Translations under genes and position numbers: made by a program | Part shown: one piece after another, positions 1-9,569 of the stretch | Numbering within the stretch: position 1 is the first letter of the stretch | How the letters are laid out: each line of letters opens with the position of its first letter | NCBI GenBank assembly: GCA_039815185.1 | Contig: JBCBZT010000036.1 | Location: 1-64,000 of the forward strand | From: Cyanobacteria bacterium P01_A01_bin.123 | GTDB lineage: Bacteria; Cyanobacteriota; Cyanobacteriia; Phormidesmidales; Phormidesmidaceae | Reading direction: 5' to 3' | Length of the DNA: 64,000 nucleotides | The notes under the pieces: model-generated | What the model was told of the DNA's origin: nothing | Database searches by the model: none | What the model saw: the letters and a program-made list of their open reading frames with translations, nothing else

Positions 1-510
1 AGTGAAGCTGTGGAGCAAAGATGGCATCGAATTGCAGACCCTGCAAGGCCATAGCGATTGGGTCTTGAGTGTGGCCTTCAGCCCGGATGGTGAAACCCTC
101 GCCAGTGCCAGTGCGGACAACACGGTGAAGCTGTGGAGCAAAGACGGCACTGAATTGCAGACCCTGCAAGGCCATAGCAGTTCAGTCTTGAGTGTGGCCT
201 TCAGCCCGGATGGTGAAGCCCTCGCCAGTGCCAGTGCGGACAACACGGTGAAGCTGTGGAGCAAAGACGGCACTGAATTGCAGACCCTGCAAGGCCATAG
301 CAGTTCAGTCTGGAGTGTGGCCTTCAGCCCGGATGGTGAAACCCTCGCCAGTGCCAGTGATAACAACACGGTGAAGCTGTGGAGCAAAGACGGTACTGAA
401 TTGCAGACCCTGCAAGGCCATAGCGATTGGGTCAGGAGTGTGGCCTTCAGCCCGGATGGTGAAATCCTCGCCACGGCCGGTGATAACAACACGGTGAAGC
501 TGTGGGACTT
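1..510 (+). repeat. 123-bp tandem coding repeats (WD40 units)
   Basis: gtgaagctgtggagcaaaga...gaattgcagaccctgcaaggccatagc recurs every 123 bp with very few substitutions. Confidence 0.9.
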
Positions 511-1321
511 TGAATTAGAGGATTTGATCGCAAGGGGCTGTGATTGGCTCGGCACCTATTTTGTCAAGCAGTCGCCAGCGTTGTTGATGGAGTTGGTGGT
601 ATGTCAGCAACAGAATCCGTCATTAACAGTTGCAGCAGCCCCGCTTCTGGTTGCTCAAGGGGAAGATCTGGCCCGCGAAGGAAACGTAGACGGGGCAATC
701 GCGTTGTTGAGGCAGGCTGTTGCTTGGGATCAGACCCTGACAATACAGCCGCAAATCCGAGCCAGAAATCTTGCGAAGTCTCAAACTTTAGTGACTGAAG
801 CAGAAGAACTGGCTAAAGCCGGACAATTATCTGAAGCAGTGGCGAAGCTTGATGAAGCCCAAGGGCTAGATCCAGCGCTTGATTTTGAACCTGAAATGTA
901 TGCTAAAGAGCTGCTAGTACAGGTGTATATAGATGAAGGGCAAAATCTGGTTAGGAGTGGCAATGTTGACGAAGCTGTGCAACTCTATCGCAACGCAGAA
1001 GCACTTGAAATTGGAGCGGGTATTTCCGCTAATGATTGGAACGACCTTTGCTGGTTTGGTAGCCTCTACAACCAAGCCGAAAAAGTTATGTTTGCCTGTG
1101 AAAGGGCCGTTGTCTTGACCCCTAACCACGGTGGTAGGATTGATAGCCGCGGCCTCGCCCGCGCCCTCACAGGTGATACTCAAGGGGCCACTGCCGACTT
1201 CAAAACCTTCGTCGAATGGACTACAAACGACGACGAAAAAGCCCAACGCCAAGCCTGGATTGAAGCCCTAGAGCAAGGTAAAAACCCCTTCACCCCTGAA
1301 GTGTTGGAAGCGCTGAGGTAA
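2..1321 (+). CDS. C-terminal part of a WD40-repeat plus TPR protein (5' end outside the window; probably a STAND/NACHT-type protein)
   Basis: Four near-identical GH...SVAFSPDG...ASASADNTVKLW repeats, then the LIARGCDWL motif typical of cyanobacterial WD40 proteins, then TPR-like helices. Confidence 0.85.
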   Translation: MKLWSKDGIELQTLQGHSDWVLSVAFSPDGETLASASADNTVKLWSKDGTELQTLQGHSSSVLSVAFSPDGEALASASADNTVKLWSKDGTELQTLQGHSSSVWSVAFSPDGETLASASDNNTVKLWSKDGTELQTLQGHSDWVRSVAFSPDGEILATAGDNNTVKLWDFELEDLIARGCDWLGTYFVKQSPALLMELVVCQQQNPSLTVAAAPLLVAQGEDLAREGNVDGAIALLRQAVAWDQTLTIQPQIRARNLAKSQTLVTEAEELAKAGQLSEAVAKLDEAQGLDPALDFEPEMYAKELLVQVYIDEGQNLVRSGNVDEAVQLYRNAEALEIGAGISANDWNDLCWFGSLYNQAEKVMFACERAVVLTPNHGGRIDSRGLARALTGDTQGATADFKTFVEWTTNDDEKAQRQAWIEALEQGKNPFTPEVLEALR

Positions 1322-1325
1322 TGAT

Positions 1326-1393
1326 GCCAGATTGCTTGTGGGCTAAGCATCCTGGCGATACTCGGTGCATTAAGCAATCTGGCCAACACTATA
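1326..1393. repeat. Dispersed palindromic repeat, copy 1 (hairpin A only)
   Basis: gccagattgctt...aagcaatctggc inverted repeat; homologous to copies at 17123, 57391 and 58884. Confidence 0.8.
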
Positions 1394-1403
1394 CTAACTC
1401 ACT

Positions 1404-1830
1404 ATGGCCTACAGTCAGTTCAAAACCATCAGCAGTGCCAAAACCGCTTTCAATCTGACTGTGATCGAAGGCGATCGCTTTTTGCCCCCCATCGCAGCCA
1501 TTGAACCCTCTCCCATCCTGTCCGGTTATCTCCAAGAAAGCTTACCCATTGTCGCCACATCCAGCAGCGAAAAAGCCCGCTCAGAAGGCATCATCTACCT
1601 TCAAAACCGGGTTTGGTCAATGCATTGCCGAGATGTTGGCTGCCCAACGGTTTAATCAAGCCCCAAAGACGCCTATTCCAATCATTTATGGCAGCGTCAG
1701 CAACGGTATTCAATGGCAATTCTTGGCCTTAGCAGACTCAACCCTCACCATTGATCTAAACGTATATGCATTGCCGCCAATCGATCAAATCCTGGGTTAT
1801 TTGGTGTGGATGGCTAAGATACCTGATTGA
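1404..1830 (+). pseudogene. Frameshifted, internally deleted cyanobacterial restriction-endonuclease-like (PD-D/ExK-type) hypothetical gene
   Basis: MAYSQFKTI...SEKARSEGIIY in one frame continues as KTGFGQCIAEMLAAQRFN...IYGSVSNGIQWQFL in another; the central EAK-containing segment expected for this family is missing. Confidence 0.65.
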
Positions 1831-1868
1831 ACAGCTACATTAAATATAATGACTATACCTACCCATAA

Positions 1869-2057
1869 ATGCCTACTTCAGAGCAGATGCTGGCTTGCAT
1901 CCGCGTTTGTCAAGCTTTGTCCAATTTTTATCTCGACATTCATTTGTTTCGTTTTGATGCCAAACGCGAAGAGCTTTACATTTTGGCAGGACTGTCAATC
2001 GGGTTAACTATCTTCAAAAATGGTCTTTGGGAATTCGACAATGACACAGAAACCTAA
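1869..2057 (+). CDS. Small cyanobacterial protein (DUF6888-like)
   Basis: MPTSEQ..CIRVCQALSNFYLDIHLFRFD...LYILAG pattern; overlaps the next small gene. Confidence 0.6.
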   Translation: MPTSEQMLACIRVCQALSNFYLDIHLFRFDAKREELYILAGLSIGLTIFKNGLWEFDNDTET

Positions 2058-2259
2058 CCTTCAAACAATGCCACGCAGGGAGCTTAGAGCCTATGTGCTA
2101 TCCCATCGAGATGATGAAAATGCCTTACGCATTTATATGGATCGTCTGAAAAGTGAATCTGGAATTATTCGGCATCAAGGCGGTATTACAGCAGACGACT
2201 TAGATCAACTCGATCAACTGCTGCAAAGGAGCACCAGCAAAACTGGAGACGCTGGGTAG
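2041..2259 (+). CDS. Small cyanobacterial protein (DUF6887-like), partner of the upstream gene
   Basis: KPNLQTMPRRELRAYVLSHRDDENA motif; ATG at 2041 overlaps the upstream gene end. Confidence 0.6.
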   Translation: MTQKPNLQTMPRRELRAYVLSHRDDENALRIYMDRLKSESGIIRHQGGITADDLDQLDQLLQRSTSKTGDAG

Positions 2260-2336
2260 AGATAGCGCTTCCGGATTGTCTCTAGCTCCTAAGCTTTGCC
2301 TTGGAAACCTTGCTAAAGATTCTAATTCTCGAATAG

Positions 2337-5276
2337 TCACAACACCTCCACAATTCCCCTTTCCCCATCAATTCTGACCCGCTGCCCATTCCTTAACCGC
2401 TGGGTCGCCTCAGCAATATCCATCACCGCCGGAATGCCATACTCCCGCGCCACGATCGCGCCGTGGGAGAGCCGTCCCCCGACCTCAGCAATTAAACCGC
2501 TGGCTCGTGCGAGCAGGGGTGCCCACCCAGCATCGGTATAGGGCACCACTAAAATCTTGCCGTCAATGTCGGTGGGAATACCCTGAAATTGGGTAACAAC
2601 CTGGATATCGCCCTCAATCTGCCCCGGACTCGCCCCAATCCCCCGCATCGCCTGGGCAGTCGCCACCGGAGCCACTAAGTGATCGAGCAAAGGCGGGGCA
2701 TAGCCGTAGGTTAAGGTGGGAATCGGCGATCGCCCCTGATCCTCACCAAACTGAATTTTTCGAGCCGCGATCGCCTCCTGTAAATCTTTGCCATCGGCAT
2801 CACTGGCCTCAATCACCTGGCGAATTTCTGCGAACTCCAGAAAAAATAGATCCCCAGGCGCTTTCAAAATCGCCGCTTGGAGCCACCGTTGTTCTAAGGC
2901 CACAAAGCTCCAGCGCAGTTCCGCCAATAAGCGACTATACACTTCGTTGACCCGCCCCTTCAAATCGAGCCGCCGCTGCACCCGCCGCACCTTGCCTGGT
3001 TGCCCCTGCTGTCGATCGGGATCGTTCGCCTTGGGAGCCTGTCGGGGATTCAATAAAAACTGGGTAAACAGCTCTCTTACGGGGCGTGGATTTTCGTACC
3101 AGGTGGGCACAGCAATATCAGTCCCGACTTGGCTGAGATAACCATATCGCTGCAAAAATCCCTGTAGCCGTTCCAGCACGGCTTGGCCATCAGGGTTTTC
3201 AGCCAGTGCCGCAAATAGCGCCGACGTTGAATCGGGTAGTGAATCTAGGGAACCCAACACGGCTCGCGATTCTCGGGCAATCGCGCTGAGATCTTTCAGT
3301 GCCGATACTTCTGGGTTACGACCGTTGTCCAACTGATCATCTGGTACCTTCAAGATCGCCTTGCGCAGGGCAAAGCTCAGGGGCACCAAAATGTTGTAAT
3401 AGGTGGCTTGGGTGAGAGCTTCTAAGATCAAATCAATCCGGTCAAGCAAAGACTCTTCATCCAATGTTTTCGCAGATTGCTTAGCCAGACGATTGAGGGT
3501 GGGGGTGAAACAGGCTTGGTCGGCTTGGGCAAAATCTTTGCCCACTCGCAGTTCACGCCCCACCAAACGCAGCAATCCTGGCAGATTCTTAAGGGTTGTG
3601 GTGATCGGCGGCTTACTAAATTTTGCCCCCCGCGTCAAAAATTCTAGACTCTCCGGGGGCAACCCCATCCGCAAAAAGATATCCCCCAACAGCGTGGCGT
3701 TGAAATAAGCATAGGCGTGGTGCAGGGTGGCGGTTTCTTCAAAGTTAAGCCCCTCGGCGCGATCGCCCAAAACGATGGTAAAAATATCGCCCCACACGCC
3801 ACAGGTCAATGGGCGATTAATCGACCACGTTAGGGGCCGAATCGCCCCAGGAATCACTTCAGCCGCAATTTTGCGTGTCCAAATTGGCGTCAGCGTGGTG
3901 ATCGGGCGGCTTTGCAGTAACCACAGCTGCGTTCCGTCAAATGTCCATTCGATGTCTTGGGGCACCCCCCGGTAGCGGGTTTCTAAATGTCGGGCCAAAA
4001 ATGCCACTTGCTGGATTAGCGTCCCGGGCAACTGACCCCTACCTTCCACAGTTAGTTCAAGCACCGGGGGCAATTGCCACGTGTCAGACGCGTCGCCATA
4101 GTCAAAGGTGGGGATGTCGCTGGGTTGCACCACCACTCGATATTGCTCTGGCGTGGTGTGACCCGACACCACCTGCTCCGCTGATCCGGGTAAGGCCTCA
4201 ATCACCACTGCATCCCCAGCCCGACCCACCGGGTCGCGGCTAAAAGCCACGCCCGAAAATGCACCTCCCACCTGCTGCTGCACAATCACCGCCATACTGG
4301 CGTCAGGCAAGCCGCGATCGCGCCGATATTGCACTGCCGCTGGCCCATTGTAAGACCCATAGCAGCGGGTGATGGCCGTGGTTAAAGTCTCTCGGTCCGC
4401 CACGTTTAAAATCGATAAATATTGCCCCGCCGCCGAAGCCGTTTCACTGTCTTCGCCAATGGCTGAAGACCGCACGGCTACGGGTTGTTGGGGAGAGGCT
4501 TGGGTCACCGCCAAGAGTGGCGTTGGGTCATCCCCTGAGGGCAACACATATCCCATCGGTACCGGATAGCCCCAGCGTCTCAACTGAGCCAGCGTCGCGG
4601 CTTTGGCCCCCACCTTGGCTGCATCTAGGGACTTCTCGAAGGACAACAGGGCGCGATCGCCGCGAAAAAATCGAAACATTTTTTGAGACTCCAAGCGACC
4701 TTCATTGCCATCTAGATCCAAATCGTCAGGAATTTTTTGATAAATCCAGGCAATTAACCCGGACAAAGCAACCACCGCCCCAGTACGAACACCATCGGTG
4801 TGACGCAAGGCGGTCAAAATCGGCAGCAAAATTAGCACCAGCAGTCTTCCCTGCTTGCGCTCTCGCGCCACGGTAAAAAACAAGCCGCTAATTAAAAAAG
4901 TCAGCCCCGACACAATCGGGTCATGTACCACAAAGCCCCAGGTCACATTAGTCGTACCGGCCCCTTGGGCAAACCAGTAGCGCCCCATTACCAGGGCAAT
5001 CAAGGCAATCACTTCCCACGTGGGATCTTTAGGAAAAAACTGACGCGCCAATAGCACTGCCCCAATGCCTTTGAGCATTTCTGACAGCACCGCCAGTATC
5101 CCGGCCCACCGCCCACCGTGATAGAACGCCGCCGAAACGCTGACATTGCCCGTGCCCAATGTTTCAAGCTGTCTACCGCTCACTAGCCGCGTTATCCACC
5201 CGGTCAGCGGTAACCCACCCAGCAGCGGACAAACAATAAAAACCAGCAATGCGCCCCAAACCTGGGTAATGGTCAT
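2337..5276 (-). CDS. Glycerol-3-phosphate acyltransferase (PlsY-like) fused to PPDK/PEP-synthase N-domain and PEP-utiliser His domain
   Basis: N-terminal TM region with GTGNVSVSAAF; central VGAKAATL, VRSSAIGED, DIEW, LLQSRPITT; C-terminal GGRLSHGAIVAREYGIPAV. Confidence 0.85.
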   Translation of the reverse strand: MTITQVWGALLVFIVCPLLGGLPLTGWITRLVSGRQLETLGTGNVSVSAAFYHGGRWAGILAVLSEMLKGIGAVLLARQFFPKDPTWEVIALIALVMGRYWFAQGAGTTNVTWGFVVHDPIVSGLTFLISGLFFTVARERKQGRLLVLILLPILTALRHTDGVRTGAVVALSGLIAWIYQKIPDDLDLDGNEGRLESQKMFRFFRGDRALLSFEKSLDAAKVGAKAATLAQLRRWGYPVPMGYVLPSGDDPTPLLAVTQASPQQPVAVRSSAIGEDSETASAAGQYLSILNVADRETLTTAITRCYGSYNGPAAVQYRRDRGLPDASMAVIVQQQVGGAFSGVAFSRDPVGRAGDAVVIEALPGSAEQVVSGHTTPEQYRVVVQPSDIPTFDYGDASDTWQLPPVLELTVEGRGQLPGTLIQQVAFLARHLETRYRGVPQDIEWTFDGTQLWLLQSRPITTLTPIWTRKIAAEVIPGAIRPLTWSINRPLTCGVWGDIFTIVLGDRAEGLNFEETATLHHAYAYFNATLLGDIFLRMGLPPESLEFLTRGAKFSKPPITTTLKNLPGLLRLVGRELRVGKDFAQADQACFTPTLNRLAKQSAKTLDEESLLDRIDLILEALTQATYYNILVPLSFALRKAILKVPDDQLDNGRNPEVSALKDLSAIARESRAVLGSLDSLPDSTSALFAALAENPDGQAVLERLQGFLQRYGYLSQVGTDIAVPTWYENPRPVRELFTQFLLNPRQAPKANDPDRQQGQPGKVRRVQRRLDLKGRVNEVYSRLLAELRWSFVALEQRWLQAAILKAPGDLFFLEFAEIRQVIEASDADGKDLQEAIAARKIQFGEDQGRSPIPTLTYGYAPPLLDHLVAPVATAQAMRGIGASPGQIEGDIQVVTQFQGIPTDIDGKILVVPYTDAGWAPLLARASGLIAEVGGRLSHGAIVAREYGIPAVMDIAEATQRLRNGQRVRIDGERGIVEVL

Positions 5277-5384
5277 AGCAGTTGAATTCGATGTTCTACG
5301 GTATATTCTCGACGCAGTATCTGAGAATGCCAAGAATTTGGCCAACATCGTTGCGGAAATACTCGCTCAAGTCTCCTCCGAGCC

Positions 5385-6242
5385 CTAAGCAAACACCACC
5401 GTACGGTTGCCATAGACGAGAATGCGATTTTGTAGATGGAGCCGTACTGCCCGCGCCAGCACCATGCGTTCGAGATCCTTACCCTTACGGATCAAATCGG
5501 CGACGTCGTCGCGGTGGCTGATGTGCACCACGTCTTGTTCGATGATCGGGCCAGCATCAAGGTCGCCAGTAATATAGTGAGCCGTGGCACCAATAATTTT
5601 GACGCCACGCTCGTAGGCCCGCTGGTAAGGGTTGGCTCCCACAAAGGCCGGCAAAAAAGAATGGTGAATGTTGATAATCCGGGGGAACTGGGCAATAAAG
5701 TCTTCGCTGAGCACCTGCATATATTTGGCTAATACGACTAAATCGATGCGATATTTCTCTAGCAGTGCTAATTGCTTGGCTTCTTGCGCTGCCTTAGTCT
5801 CACGGGTTATGGGGAGGCAGTGATAGTCGATGCCAAACTGCTCGGCAATGGGTTGGAGGTTGGGGTGGTTACTAATAATCAGTGGGATCTCAGCCACAAA
5901 CTCTTTTGCCTGGTATCGCCAGAGCAAATCCAGCAGGCAATGATTTTGACGACTAACCCAGATGGCAATGCGAGGGACAGTGTCTGAGAAATGGAGCTGC
6001 CAGGTCGCACCAAGGGGTTGAGCGATCGCGTTGAAGGCTGGCCCGATCAAATCGCGGGGTAGATTAAAGCCGTCGAGCTGCCACTCAAGCCGTGACAGAA
6101 ATAGGTTGGAACCTGCATCGTAATGCTGATCTGCGTGGAGAATGTTGCCGCCATTGGCATAGATAAAGTTGGCCAGCTTAGCCACGAGCCCTTTTTGGTC
6201 GGGGCAGGTAATTAGCAGGGTCGCGGTGGGGAGCAGCGGCAT
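5385..6242 (-). CDS. purU: Formyltetrahydrofolate deformylase
   Basis: ACT domain CPDQKGLVA; INIHHSFLPAFVGANPY, GVKIIGATAHY, LDAGPIIEQD. Confidence 0.95.
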   Translation of the reverse strand: MPLLPTATLLITCPDQKGLVAKLANFIYANGGNILHADQHYDAGSNLFLSRLEWQLDGFNLPRDLIGPAFNAIAQPLGATWQLHFSDTVPRIAIWVSRQNHCLLDLLWRYQAKEFVAEIPLIISNHPNLQPIAEQFGIDYHCLPITRETKAAQEAKQLALLEKYRIDLVVLAKYMQVLSEDFIAQFPRIINIHHSFLPAFVGANPYQRAYERGVKIIGATAHYITGDLDAGPIIEQDVVHISHRDDVADLIRKGKDLERMVLARAVRLHLQNRILVYGNRTVVFA

Positions 6243-6253
6243 GGCTGGTGGGT

Positions 6254-6320
6254 GGGGCAGGGGAGAGGGGGAGAGAGGGAGTGGGGGAGAGGGGGAGAGA
6301 GGGAGTGGGGGAGAGAAGAG
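6254..6320 (+). repeat. G/A-rich low-complexity tandem repeat (24-bp unit x2 plus partial)
   Basis: gggagagggggagagagggagtgg at 6261-6284 and 6285-6308. Confidence 0.75.
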
Positions 6321-6360
6321 ATGCGATTAATTGGGTCTGTAGGGGGATTGAAGGAGAAAG

Positions 6361-7182
6361 CTAGTTTTCAGCATCGGCTTCAGTATTTTCCGGGTCGGTT
6401 TCGGGGCTGCTAGATGTCTCTGCGTCTGTTTCGTCTGTTTCGTTTGAGGCTTCAGGGGCTTTAGGGGCTTCAGGGTTGGTATTCGCGTCATCTGGTTCAG
6501 GATCGCTGGATTCCTCGATGTCTTCTGTTGAGGTGCTGTCCTCTGAATCAGCTTCTGAATTAGTTTCTGAATTAGTTTCTGAATCAGCTCCGGGTTCAGG
6601 CTCATCGACGGTCGCTTGCCATTCGCTGAGGGGGCGGGTAACTGCGTTGACAAAATCAATCGGCACGACCTCCACTTCGATCGCGTCAGGTGCTGAGGCT
6701 TCGGTCTCCAGGTTGACATCGACAACCGCATAGAGTGACCCGCCACTAAAGTCTGCTGTCCCCAGCAGCAGAGTATGGGTTTGGCCAGACGCTAGGGTGA
6801 AGGTAATGTTGGCTGTTGGGGAATTGAGGCCGAAGTTATCTTGTTGATCGGGCTCAATGGTGAAGACGCGGCTTGGCCCACTGGTGGTGGTGAGGTTGAG
6901 CAAATATGCGATCGCCGCTTGTTCGGCCAATGCTGTTTCAGGTTCAAGCATTTGCCAGGTGCTGTTCTCATCTCGCTCAAACATCAGGGTTTGGCCATCT
7001 TTTTCGATGGTGAGCTGGGTAACATCAGCTTCCTCAAAGCTAAACAGGCGATCGCGGCTGGCGGCTTCTCCTGTGCCATTGAGGGCATCGGTGCGCGATC
7101 GCCGCGCTTCGCTAATCAACACCATCACCGATAACACAGCAGCAACGCCAACCAAAATCACTGTGTTGCGCTGAAATTTCAT
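6361..7182 (-). CDS. DUF4340-like protein (Gld-type ABC cluster accessory) with acidic tail
   Basis: N-terminal TM; WQMLEP, FGLNSP, LLLGTADFSG motifs; downstream of the GldG-like gene. Confidence 0.75.
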   Translation of the reverse strand: MKFQRNTVILVGVAAVLSVMVLISEARRSRTDALNGTGEAASRDRLFSFEEADVTQLTIEKDGQTLMFERDENSTWQMLEPETALAEQAAIAYLLNLTTTSGPSRVFTIEPDQQDNFGLNSPTANITFTLASGQTHTLLLGTADFSGGSLYAVVDVNLETEASAPDAIEVEVVPIDFVNAVTRPLSEWQATVDEPEPGADSETNSETNSEADSEDSTSTEDIEESSDPEPDDANTNPEAPKAPEASNETDETDAETSSSPETDPENTEADAEN

Positions 7183-7267
7183 GCTGTGTACTCCTTAAAC
7201 TTCATCCAGATCCATTGCGCTGTAGCAGCTTACGCCCCTAATCAAGTCTTTAAAGGCCGGATGTGAT

Positions 7268-9493
7268 TTAACGACGGCGTAGCCACATGACAATTGCCCC
7301 CACGACACCTGCCAAAGGCAAGATTAATAGCGAAACTGCAGCCAGGCTAATTTGCTGTTGGGGCGTCATCAAAATGCGGCGGTTAGTCACTTCTTTGGGG
7401 CTAATCGACAGAGTGGCATCAGCGTCTTGACTCAACCAGCTGACGGCATTGGTAAACACATCGCCGTTGAGTTGTTGGTCAAATAATCCATCGGTGGCAA
7501 AACTAGAGTTGCCAATGACCACCAAGCGAGATTCTGCTGTTTCGGCTGCGGGTTCAGAATCTTCCTCTGCGGTTTCGGCGGCTTCGTCTTCGGGGTCAGT
7601 GGCAGCTTCCGCGTCCTCATTATTTTCAGACTCAGGCGCTTCGGTTTCTGCAGCATTCTCAGCATCAGCAGGCGCTGCTTCAGCCGGTTCCGGCTCGGAT
7701 TCTGGGGGTTCTACGGCATCAACTTCAGCGCTATCGGCCTCTACAGGTGAGTCAGCGCCCTCAGGTTCAGCTGCATTCTCTTCTTCATTGGGTATTGAGT
7801 CATCCCCAGGGATTGCTTCGGCAACGGCCTCTGGCTCAGATTCAACGGTGTCGACCGCCTCAGATTCAACGGCTTCAGTGTCATCGGGGGCTGAGTCTTC
7901 GACCGGAGGGGATTCAGCATCGGCCTGTGGTTCAGCATCGGCTTCAGCCACTTCAGGATCAGCCGCTTCGATAGCCTCAGCATCGGGGACATCAGCGTCA
8001 GCACTATCTGGGTTTGACTCCTCTGCTGTGTCATCTAGGGGATCCGCTGAGACACCGGGGTCAGCTTGACTGATGGGACTAACTTCAACCGTACGATCAA
8101 GCGCCACACCCACGACAAACGGCCCTTGCTCAGCAGTTTCTGGATTAAAGTCTAAATCTCCAGTTTCAGAAATCGTACCGACCTGGCTTTGCTCAGCGGT
8201 GTAGAGCAGCGGTTCTGAGTTGATACCAGGGACTTCACCCACCACCAACGGTTGCACGACGGGATAAAAAGAGCGCCCGTTAGCAAAGTCTTGGGTGATC
8301 GGGTGATCACCATACTGGGTGACCAAGGGTGCAGCTGGCCCTAACCCCACCAGTTGCCCAGTACCCGAGGTGTCAATCACCAAGCGCCCATCCAGCGTAA
8401 TCCCCCAACCTGCGAGCAGCGATTCTACGCCTGAGCTACTGTTGGGATCCACCATAATCAGGGCACTACCGCCATTATCCAGATAGGTTTCCAGAGCCTT
8501 GGCTTCCGACTCAAATAAGCCTTGTTGAGGGCCCGCTAAAATCACCACATTTGCATCGTCCGGAATTTGAGGGCCGGTTGCAGTCTCATCGGCAGGAGCT
8601 GCTTCCGCTTCCGATTCTGCTGGGGATAGCTCGTCTTCTGCTTCAGGGTTTTCTAACCCATCGAGCTCTTCTGCTAGCGCGTCCGGATCTTCCAACAAAC
8701 TGATTTCAGCGTCAGCCGCACCCTCGTCAAAATTCAGGGGTTTGATGGTGTAATTCTTGTCTTCCAAAGCGGTTACCGCTTCAAACAGGCCTGCCTCGGT
8801 ACCATCAATGGCGTATTCGCCGTGGCCCTGCAAAAAGTAGACAATCGTGTCGCGATCGCGGGTGATTTGATCGAGCTCATTGGTCAATTGTCTTTCTGAA
8901 AGCCGTTCATCCTGGCTGACACGCTGCACCAACTGACGTTTCTCGCCCACCACTAAGTAGACTTCTCCTTGGCTTTGAACCCCAAACTGTTGACTCGTGA
9001 TCGGATCCGAAACAGGGTCAACATATTCAAAGCTAAAAGCCTCAGGATTTTGGCGACGATAGCTTTTAAGTAACTGCTCGTCTTGGGGATTGGGTGCCGC
9101 ATCAAACACAACCACTTTGACGGGTTGCGCCAAATCCTGCACCAGTGATTGAGATTGAGGAGCGAGGGTAAATAGCTGATTTTCAGTTAAATCCAGGCGA
9201 CCCAAATAACGCACGGCCAAGAAGTTGACGAGGGCCAAGATCAAGATTAAGGCTAGGGTGGCAATCAGAGCGTTGGTGCTGGCCTGGGTCGATCGCCGCC
9301 GCCAAAAACTCCCTACCGTGTTGCCCCCAAAGAAAATACCGCTGCCAATCAGGATTAATCCGGTCAACAGCAGAAAAATCGGCAACAGTGTCCAGTTGAG
9401 CATTGATCCAGACACCAGACCAGCGGTAAATAGGGTTAACCCTGGCCAAACGAGATGCTTAAGATATTTTGCGTACCGCTCAAAAAAATCCAT
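7268..9493 (-). CDS. GldG-family ABC transporter auxiliary component with acidic insertions
   Basis: DLTENQLFTLAPQS, VYFLQGHGE, RLVVIGNSSFATD, NAVSWL; C-terminal TM WLRRR. Confidence 0.85.
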   Translation of the reverse strand: MDFFERYAKYLKHLVWPGLTLFTAGLVSGSMLNWTLLPIFLLLTGLILIGSGIFFGGNTVGSFWRRRSTQASTNALIATLALILILALVNFLAVRYLGRLDLTENQLFTLAPQSQSLVQDLAQPVKVVVFDAAPNPQDEQLLKSYRRQNPEAFSFEYVDPVSDPITSQQFGVQSQGEVYLVVGEKRQLVQRVSQDERLSERQLTNELDQITRDRDTIVYFLQGHGEYAIDGTEAGLFEAVTALEDKNYTIKPLNFDEGAADAEISLLEDPDALAEELDGLENPEAEDELSPAESEAEAAPADETATGPQIPDDANVVILAGPQQGLFESEAKALETYLDNGGSALIMVDPNSSSGVESLLAGWGITLDGRLVIDTSGTGQLVGLGPAAPLVTQYGDHPITQDFANGRSFYPVVQPLVVGEVPGINSEPLLYTAEQSQVGTISETGDLDFNPETAEQGPFVVGVALDRTVEVSPISQADPGVSADPLDDTAEESNPDSADADVPDAEAIEAADPEVAEADAEPQADAESPPVEDSAPDDTEAVESEAVDTVESEPEAVAEAIPGDDSIPNEEENAAEPEGADSPVEADSAEVDAVEPPESEPEPAEAAPADAENAAETEAPESENNEDAEAATDPEDEAAETAEEDSEPAAETAESRLVVIGNSSFATDGLFDQQLNGDVFTNAVSWLSQDADATLSISPKEVTNRRILMTPQQQISLAAVSLLILPLAGVVGAIVMWLRRR

Positions 9494-9569
9494 AGGGTCT
9501 CAAGGGAATGTCTGATTGATGTGACTCAAAGGTTAGGGAGACTCGAAGCGATGACTCAGGGAACTGCGA

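Noticed and set aside
1..510. Regular repeats as a CRISPR array
   Set aside because: They are 123-bp in-frame coding units without unique spacers; no CRISPR array was seen anywhere in the window.
7432..8069. Antisense and alternative-frame Ser/Ala-rich ORFs over gldG, and similar shadows over ppsA, eno, rplI and sat
   Set aside because: Shadow ORFs of real genes with no independent motifs.
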